From NCBI GenBank assembly GCA_946614095.1, contig CAMOGG010000002.1, forward strand, positions 1-60,645: 60,645 bases of DNA, read 5' to 3'. The notes under the pieces were generated by a model. That model worked only from the letters and a program-made list of their open reading frames with translations. It had not been told where the DNA came from and searched no databases. Positions 34,441 through 41,009 of this stretch are shown here, one piece after another. The stretch is from an uncultured Bacillales bacterium (GTDB lineage Bacteria > Bacillota_I > Bacilli_A > RF39 > UBA660). The stretch's first letter is position 1. The number at the start of each line of letters is the position of its first letter. The position numbers were made by a program, and so were the translations under genes.

Positions 34441-36756
34441 ATGAAGTTTAAATTTCGAGCAGATGCAGAAGATTTATTAATTTTTATCATGTTTGCAATA
34501 TTTCTTTTATTTATTGTTGCATTAGCAATTGCTAATATTCATACTTTTGCTGTTACTGGGCATTTTTCTGGATTAAATTTTCTTCCTGCTTTTGCTCCTG
34601 ATTGTATTTTTTCAACTATAGTATTTTATTTTGTTTCTTTGTTGGGATTATTTGCTAGTGTTAGTTCTATGTTTTTTGAACGTGAAAAAGGGTTTGGAAT
34701 TACAACAGATAAAAACGATAAAGGTTATTCTAGATGGGCAAAGGATAAAGAGATTCAAGCAGAGTTGAGTCAGATTCCTATTACAGCTGTTAATGCGAAA
34801 GAGGCGGGTGTACCACTTCTTTTAAATGATAAAGAGATGTGGGTAGATAATGGGGAATATCATTCTTTGGTTATTGGTGCTACTGGTTCTGGAAAAACTC
34901 AAACGGTTATTTTTCCAATGGTTCATAGTTTAGCAAAAGCAAAAGAGTCTATGATTATTACAGACCCTAAAGGTGAAATTTATGAAGAGACTTCTAATAT
35001 GCTTCGTGCTCGTGGATATCAAATATTACTTCTTAATTTCCGTGATCCTCAAAATGGTAATGCATGGAATCCTATGTCTTTGCCTTATAAATTATATCAA
35101 GCAGGAAATCATGACAAAGCCATTGAGTTATTAGATGACTTGGCTCTTAATATCTTATATGATGATACTAATAAAAATAATGATCCATTCTGGGAAAAGA
35201 CTTCTGCAGATTATTTTTCAGGTGTTGCTTTAGGATTATTTGAAGATGCTAAAGAAGACGAAGTTAATATTAATAGTATCTCTTTAGCAACAACTGTTGG
35301 AGAAGAAAAGTTTGGTGGTTCTACTTATATTAAAGAATACTTTGCAGCGAAGGATCCTGCTAGTGCTGCTGCTATTAATGCTTCTAGTACTATTATGGCT
35401 CCTAATGAGACAAAGGGAAGTATTTTATCTGTTTTTAAACAAAAAGTTAAATTATTTGCGTCTCGTGATAATTTGTCTGAAATGCTATCTCATTCTGATA
35501 TTGATTTAGAGAGTATTGGTGAAAAACCTACTGCGGTATTTATCGTTATTCAAGATGAGAAGAAGACATATCATTCTTTAGTTACTATTTTATTGAAACA
35601 GATTTATGAAACATTAATTAGTGTTGCTCAAAAACATGGTGGAAAGTTACCTATTCGTACAAATTTCTTATTGGATGAGTTTGCGAATATGCCACCATTA
35701 AAAGATGTTACTACTATGATAACAGCTGCTCGTTCTCGTAAAATTCGTTTTACGATGATTATTCAAAACTTTGCCCAGTTAGATGATGTATATGGTAAAG
35801 AAGAAGCGGAAACAATTCGTGGTAACTGTGGAAATATTATTTATTTGATTACAACTGAGTTAAAAGCTCTAGAAGAAATTTCTAAGATGTGTGGGGAAGT
35901 TAAATCTAAAAAGGATGATAAAACGGCTTCTACTCCTCTTGTTACTGTATCTGATTTACAGCGTATGAAGCAGTTTGAAGTTATTATTCTTCGTATGAGA
36001 AAACAACCTTTTAAGACAAAATTTACTCCTAATTATAAATTGAATTGGGGGAAGAAATATCCTCCTGCTAAATATCCAACTCGTGAAAAACAACAAGTAC
36101 ATACTTTTGATATTAAGGAGTTTGTTAAGTCTCAGAAGAAGAAAAAATTATTAGAAATGATGAATGCGGCTGATGCAAGAGATAGTGAAAATATGAGTTT
36201 ACCAATGGGTGGAAGAGGTCGTCCTTCCAATCCTTTTGCAAGTCAATTACCTCCTGAATTGGATAGTGTACGTACAGGTCGTCCTTCTTCTGCTACTTCT
36301 GATATACCTGATTTTTTAAGAAGAAAGCCTGTACAAGAAGAGAAAGATATTATTCGTACGAAACCTAGAAGTTCTATACCTGATTTTGATACCTTTAAAC
36401 GTCAGATGGAAGATGATGATTTTTCTCCAGTTCCTTCTTCTCCTGTTAAAACTTCGCCATCTAATGTGGATGATGATTTAGGATTTGATGTTGATGAATT
36501 AGTGAAGAAGATTGATGCTAAAATTGCTGAATTAGAAGCAGAGGAAAAGAAAAATCAAGCTGAAATTGAATCTAAAAATAAAAAACAAGAAGAGAGAGCT
36601 CTTCCTACTACTCCAGTGCCTGTACATAGTATTCATGATGATGTTACATCATCTCACTCACAATCAACAACTCAAAAAACAGATGTTGATATTAATTTAG
36701 AAGATGATGGGGATGACGATGATGATGACTTCTTTGATGATTTTTTTGATAATTAG
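34441..36756 (+). CDS. virD4: VirD4/TraG-family type IV coupling protein with long disordered acidic tail
   Basis: Two N-terminal TM helices. Walker A GATGSGKT, Walker B FLLDEFANMP, and IIQNFAQL. The tail ends DDGDDDDDDFFDDFFDN. Confidence 0.85.
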   Translation: MKFKFRADAEDLLIFIMFAIFLLFIVALAIANIHTFAVTGHFSGLNFLPAFAPDCIFSTIVFYFVSLLGLFASVSSMFFEREKGFGITTDKNDKGYSRWAKDKEIQAELSQIPITAVNAKEAGVPLLLNDKEMWVDNGEYHSLVIGATGSGKTQTVIFPMVHSLAKAKESMIITDPKGEIYEETSNMLRARGYQILLLNFRDPQNGNAWNPMSLPYKLYQAGNHDKAIELLDDLALNILYDDTNKNNDPFWEKTSADYFSGVALGLFEDAKEDEVNINSISLATTVGEEKFGGSTYIKEYFAAKDPASAAAINASSTIMAPNETKGSILSVFKQKVKLFASRDNLSEMLSHSDIDLESIGEKPTAVFIVIQDEKKTYHSLVTILLKQIYETLISVAQKHGGKLPIRTNFLLDEFANMPPLKDVTTMITAARSRKIRFTMIIQNFAQLDDVYGKEEAETIRGNCGNIIYLITTELKALEEISKMCGEVKSKKDDKTASTPLVTVSDLQRMKQFEVIILRMRKQPFKTKFTPNYKLNWGKKYPPAKYPTREKQQVHTFDIKEFVKSQKKKKLLEMMNAADARDSENMSLPMGGRGRPSNPFASQLPPELDSVRTGRPSSATSDIPDFLRRKPVQEEKDIIRTKPRSSIPDFDTFKRQMEDDDFSPVPSSPVKTSPSNVDDDLGFDVDELVKKIDAKIAELEAEEKKNQAEIESKNKKQEERALPTTPVPVHSIHDDVTSSHSQSTTQKTDVDINLEDDGDDDDDDFFDDFFDN

Positions 36757-36771
36757 AAAGGATGTATAGTT

Positions 36772-37998
36772 ATGAGTACAAATTTTAATATAGTAAAAAA
36801 GAAGAAAGATGATGATGAAGAAGATTTCATGGATGAAGATGAAATAGAAGAAAGTGAAAGTAAAAGTAGTGGTACTTTTAATCAAGATGCAAAAAAAAGA
36901 ATGATTCTTTTTATGGGAATATTATTAGGTGGTTTACTTTTATTATTCTTAGTCCTTTATATTGTATCATTATTTTCTCATTCTACTTATCAGTATGAAG
37001 ATATCGAAAATGTTTTAAAGAATGCAGCAATTGCTTATTTTAAAGAAAACGATAGTTATCTACCTGTTAATGATGGAGATATTGTAGAAGTAGATTCTTC
37101 TAATTTAGTTGCAACTGGTAAAATGCGTGATTTATCCGAATATACTCCTGATGGTGTATTATGTTCTGCTACTGTTCAAGTAGAAAAATCTGGTACACAA
37201 TATTTATATACTCCATATTTAAATTGTGGTGATCAGTATACGACAATGGATTTTTCTAAAAAACTTACTCAGGATAGCAATAGTATCGTTACTGAAGGAT
37301 ATGGTCTTTATTCTATGAATGGTGAATATGTTTTTCGGGGAGAGAATGTTAATAATTATGTTCAATTAGGAGATCAATTGTGGCGTATTGTCAAAATTAG
37401 TTCTAATAATAATGTTGTTTTGATTCATAATACAGGAATAACATATGAAATACAGCCATGGGATGATCGTTGGAATGAAAGTACTAAGTATTCTAGTGGA
37501 TTTAATCAATATAAAAATAGTAGAATCTACGAGTATTTATTGAATGCTTATCAATCTCCATCTGAAAATGCATCAAAATTATTACTTTCAGATGAAGATA
37601 AGGCCAAAATTGTTTCTTATAATCTTTGCATTGGTAAACGTTCTGCAAATAGTGAAGGATTTCAAAATAAGGAAGAGTGTGCTGAAGTATTACCAGACCA
37701 AAAGTATGGATTATTGACATTATCTGACTATATGGCTGCTAGTGTTGATCCTAATTGTAAAAATGCAAATAGTCCATCTTGTCTAAACTATAACTATTTA
37801 GTTACAAAATTTGATTGGTGGTTAGCTACTGCTAGTAAAGATGATAATACGAAAGCTTTTTTGGTTGATTATGGAGGAAAGGTTTCTTTAACAGAGGCTA
37901 ATCATTTCTCTATTGTTCGTCCTGTTGTTTATTTAAATAGTAGAATATTGTATAAGAGTGGAAGTGGAACATTAGAAGATCCTTATATATTAAAATAG
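36772..37998 (+). CDS. Type-A surface protein 3 (short paralog: acidic N-tail, TM, pilin-head-like domain, one LWRI/VRP-type domain)
   Basis: Head segment ...YLYTPYLNCG, then NNYVQLGDQLWRIVK, FSIVRPVVYLN and the end GSGTLEDPYILK. These are the same modules as in A1/A2. Confidence 0.7.
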   Translation: MSTNFNIVKKKKDDDEEDFMDEDEIEESESKSSGTFNQDAKKRMILFMGILLGGLLLLFLVLYIVSLFSHSTYQYEDIENVLKNAAIAYFKENDSYLPVNDGDIVEVDSSNLVATGKMRDLSEYTPDGVLCSATVQVEKSGTQYLYTPYLNCGDQYTTMDFSKKLTQDSNSIVTEGYGLYSMNGEYVFRGENVNNYVQLGDQLWRIVKISSNNNVVLIHNTGITYEIQPWDDRWNESTKYSSGFNQYKNSRIYEYLLNAYQSPSENASKLLLSDEDKAKIVSYNLCIGKRSANSEGFQNKEECAEVLPDQKYGLLTLSDYMAASVDPNCKNANSPSCLNYNYLVTKFDWWLATASKDDNTKAFLVDYGGKVSLTEANHFSIVRPVVYLNSRILYKSGSGTLEDPYILK

Positions 37999-38029
37999 GA
38001 ATCTATTATGATATAGATTCTTTTTTTTT
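37999..38029 (+). terminator. Rho-independent terminator closing the 33-kb locus
   Basis: Stem gaatctat/atagattc, 6-nt loop, T9 run. Confidence 0.75.
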
Positions 38030-38040
38030 CATTTAATATT

Positions 38041-38337
38041 ATGGGAGGTGTTTTTTTGAATTCTATTTCAATTTCTCAATTGTTAAAGAAAAAGAATGTT
38101 ACTATTATTGATATAAGGAGCCATAATCTTTACTTACAAGGACATATACCTGGAGCTATTTCTATTGAAGAGAAGGAATTATTATTTTATCCTAAAAAGT
38201 ATTTAAATCATCAAAATATTTATTATTTATATTGTAGTTCTGGAAATAGAAGTTTTCGTTTATCTACTATGTTAAATCGTATGGGGTATCATACCGTTAA
38301 TGTTGTTGGTGGATATCAGAATTACTTGTTAAACTAG
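38041..38337 (+). CDS. Single-domain rhodanese-like sulfurtransferase
   Basis: Active-site loop YCSSGNRS and a GHIPGAI motif. The start may instead be the TTG at 38056, after the GGGAGGTG RBS. Confidence 0.8.
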   Translation: MGGVFLNSISISQLLKKKNVTIIDIRSHNLYLQGHIPGAISIEEKELLFYPKKYLNHQNIYYLYCSSGNRSFRLSTMLNRMGYHTVNVVGGYQNYLLN

Positions 38338-38373
38338 TCGAAATATATTATAATGGATAGGAGGGTGGATACG

Positions 38374-38940
38374 ATGGAGACACTACAATCTTTTATTGAT
38401 TTTTGTATAGAATTATTAGTTCGTGGTGGTCTATTTTGGGGCTTTTTTCTTGTGTTTTTAGAAAGCTTTATTCCTATGTTACCTCTTAGTGTATTTGTTG
38501 CTTTTAATGTAGAAGCTTTTGGTTTTTCTATTGGAACTTTTATTTCTTGGATAGCAACTTGTATGGGAAGCTTTTTCTGTTATGTATTATTTTATTTTTT
38601 AGGAGAACGTGTCCGAGATTGGAGTTTATTTTCTAAGATATATCAGAAGGTACAGTTTTTTCAAAAGATTTCTTTTTCTCAGCTAGTATTAATTCTTACT
38701 TTACCTTTTACTCCTTCCTTTGCCATTAATATATTATCTGGTATTACTTATATTTCTAAAGAAAAGTTTATTTTATCTTTATTAATTGGAAAGATGTTTA
38801 CTATTATTTTTTGGGGATATATTGGTAAAAGTATATTAGATAGTTTGACTGATATAAAGACACTTCTTTATATCGGGTTTACGTTAATTATTGCTTATGT
38901 TATTTCAAAAATGATTGGAAAACGGATGAATATAGAATAG
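38374..38940 (+). CDS. TVP38/TMEM64 (DedA-related) family membrane protein
   Basis: FLESFIPMLPLSVF and the multi-TM pattern are typical of the family. AGGAGGGTGG RBS before ATG 38374. Confidence 0.7.
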   Translation: METLQSFIDFCIELLVRGGLFWGFFLVFLESFIPMLPLSVFVAFNVEAFGFSIGTFISWIATCMGSFFCYVLFYFLGERVRDWSLFSKIYQKVQFFQKISFSQLVLILTLPFTPSFAINILSGITYISKEKFILSLLIGKMFTIIFWGYIGKSILDSLTDIKTLLYIGFTLIIAYVISKMIGKRMNIE

Positions 38941-38952
38941 AAGGTGTTTTTT

Positions 38953-40038
38953 ATGAATATTGTTATTATTGTATTATTAGTTATTTTGATTATATTAACG
39001 ACGATTTCTTTGTTTAAAAATATTAATGAATCAAATATTACAGAACGATTAGGAAAACTAGAAGTTAGTATGATGAAGGAAATGGGAGATTTTAAAACTG
39101 ATTTGAATCGTAATATGAATGAAGATTTTACGAAGTTAAATGAGCAAGTTGAGAAAAGGTTAATGATGATTAATGAAAAAGTTAATGAACGATTAGATCA
39201 GAATTTTGAAAAGACCAATAAGACATTTATGAATGTAATTGAACGGTTATCTAAGATTGATGAGGCTCAGAAGAAAATTGAAACTTTATCTACTGATATT
39301 GTTAGTTTGCAAAGTATTCTAACGGATAAAAAGACGAGAGGAATTTTTGGAGAAGTTAATTTAAAACATATTTTAACTAGTGTTTTTGGAGAGAAAAATG
39401 ATTCTATTTTTCAACTTCAATATACTTTGTCTACCGGAGTAATTGCTGATTCTGTTTTATTTGCTCCAGAACCTTTGGGAACAATTTGTATAGATTCTAA
39501 GTTTCCTTTGGAACACTATCAGATGATGGTAGATCGAAAAATTTCACCTGAGGCGAGAAGTAATTATGAGAAAATGTTTAAGCAAGATATGAAAAAACAT
39601 ATTGATGCTATTAGTAATAAATATATTATTCCAGGTGAAACCACTGATCAAGCTATTTTATTTTTACCTGCAGAAGCAATATTTGCTGAGGTAAATGCAT
39701 ATCATCCAGATTTGATAGATTATGCATATAAAAAAAGAGTTTGGATAACTAGTCCAACTACATTAATATCAACTTTAACAGTAATTGAAATGATTATAAA
39801 GAACATGGAAAGAGATCAATATACTTCTATCATTCATGATGAATTAAATAAGTTAGGATTAGAATTTGCTAGATATCGTGAAAGATGGAATAAACTAGCA
39901 CGAAGTATTCAAACTGTTAATAAAGATGTAGAAAGTGTCTCTATCACAACAGAGAAAATTACAAAAAAATTTGAAACGATTAATCAAGTAGATGTTGTTG
40001 CGTTAGAAAAAGATCAAAATATGAAAGAACTTCCATAG
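38953..40038 (+). CDS. rmuC: DNA recombination protein RmuC
   Basis: N-terminal TM helix, a coiled coil, then KKTRGIFGEVNLKHIL ... ICIDSKFPLEHY ... ILFLPAEAIF, which are typical RmuC blocks. Confidence 0.85.
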   Translation: MNIVIIVLLVILIILTTISLFKNINESNITERLGKLEVSMMKEMGDFKTDLNRNMNEDFTKLNEQVEKRLMMINEKVNERLDQNFEKTNKTFMNVIERLSKIDEAQKKIETLSTDIVSLQSILTDKKTRGIFGEVNLKHILTSVFGEKNDSIFQLQYTLSTGVIADSVLFAPEPLGTICIDSKFPLEHYQMMVDRKISPEARSNYEKMFKQDMKKHIDAISNKYIIPGETTDQAILFLPAEAIFAEVNAYHPDLIDYAYKKRVWITSPTTLISTLTVIEMIIKNMERDQYTSIIHDELNKLGLEFARYRERWNKLARSIQTVNKDVESVSITTEKITKKFETINQVDVVALEKDQNMKELP

Positions 40039-40071
40039 TTCTTTTTTTCTTGTTTATACATATTTTTTATT

Positions 40072-40269
40072 ATGAAAAGAAGCATTTTATTATTGATTAG
40101 TTATGGGTTTATGGTATTTGGACTTAGTTTTATTGTTATGTACATAAATTTATTTTCTTTTGGATATACTATTTTTGAGTATTTAGAATATGTTTTAAAG
40201 AGTTTTGAATGTGATCTTTTTTTGATTGGTTTTTTATTATTTTTGATTTATCTTTGGAGGAGAAATTGA
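40072..40269 (+). CDS. Small two-TM membrane protein, unknown
   Basis: 65-aa hydrophobic ORF separated by 1 nt from the next gene. Weak support. Confidence 0.4.
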   Translation: MKRSILLLISYGFMVFGLSFIVMYINLFSFGYTIFEYLEYVLKSFECDLFLIGFLLFLIYLWRRN

Positions 40270-40270
40270 T

Positions 40271-40930
40271 ATGAGTTATATTTATGATTTACTATGTAAT
40301 TTTTCTAAAGTGGGAGAGTTTAGGGATTCTTATGAGTGGGAAAAAAATGATTCTATTATTATGATTTCTAAGATACTAATTTATTTTGTAGATGAAAAGG
40401 GAATGATAGATATTATGAAGAATCAAATTCAAGTATCAAATAGTTTTCTCAACCAAATAAAGGATTCTACAGAAACAGATTTTGGTGTGATTTCTTATGC
40501 TTGTTTGGTTACTGATTTTTCTAGAGTTATTGCTTTGAAATTTTCTTCTGATGGTTTATTGATCGAAAGAAGTAGTTTATTATTGGATGAAGAAGATGCT
40601 GTAATTGAGGAGATTAAAGATTTTTCTTTACCATCTTTTTCTTTTCAAAAGACAAAAGAAGATTATTATATCTCTTTTTTAACAAGAAGAGAAAAGAAAA
40701 TTCAAAATTATTTATTAACTGAAATACAAAAAATATATGATTTTGGTCTTTATGATGAGCTTGATTATTTATATCATGAATTTTTTTCAGAGAAAAAGAC
40801 AAATCAAGAAATGTATTTTACCTTAATGGATCAAATAGAAAACCATTATAAAAATTATTTTCAAGACTTATATGATATTATTCAAATGATATCTTTTCCT
40901 GAATCATTTTCTTTATCAATCCCATTTTAG
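40271..40930 (+). CDS. Hypothetical cytoplasmic protein
   Basis: 219-aa ORF with a GGAGGAG RBS inside the end of the upstream ORF. No family recognised. Confidence 0.55.
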   Translation: MSYIYDLLCNFSKVGEFRDSYEWEKNDSIIMISKILIYFVDEKGMIDIMKNQIQVSNSFLNQIKDSTETDFGVISYACLVTDFSRVIALKFSSDGLLIERSSLLLDEEDAVIEEIKDFSLPSFSFQKTKEDYYISFLTRREKKIQNYLLTEIQKIYDFGLYDELDYLYHEFFSEKKTNQEMYFTLMDQIENHYKNYFQDLYDIIQMISFPESFSLSIPF

Positions 40931-40941
40931 GGATTTTTTTT
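40919..40941 (+). terminator. Weak intrinsic terminator
   Basis: 5-bp stem atccc/gggat, 6-nt loop, T-run at 40935-40941. Confidence 0.4.
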
Positions 40942-40942
40942 G

Positions 40943-40971
40943 TTGAAATTTTTTTCTTTTTGTGTTATAAT
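40943..40971 (+). promoter_or_regulatory. Consensus-like extended -10 promoter for the sigma factor gene
   Basis: TTGAAA (40943-40948), 17-nt spacer, TGtTATAAT (TATAAT at 40966-40971). Confidence 0.65.
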
Positions 40972-41009
40972 ACAGTGGCAAAAACGGGGGATAGTGTGGT
41001 GAATGAATT

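Noticed and set aside
5096-37998. Interpretation of the locus as a prophage.
   Set aside because: There is no terminase, portal, capsid, tail, holin or integrase-like ORF. All recognisable genes are secretion, pilus or surface components. An ICE remnant remains a live alternative; see the findings.
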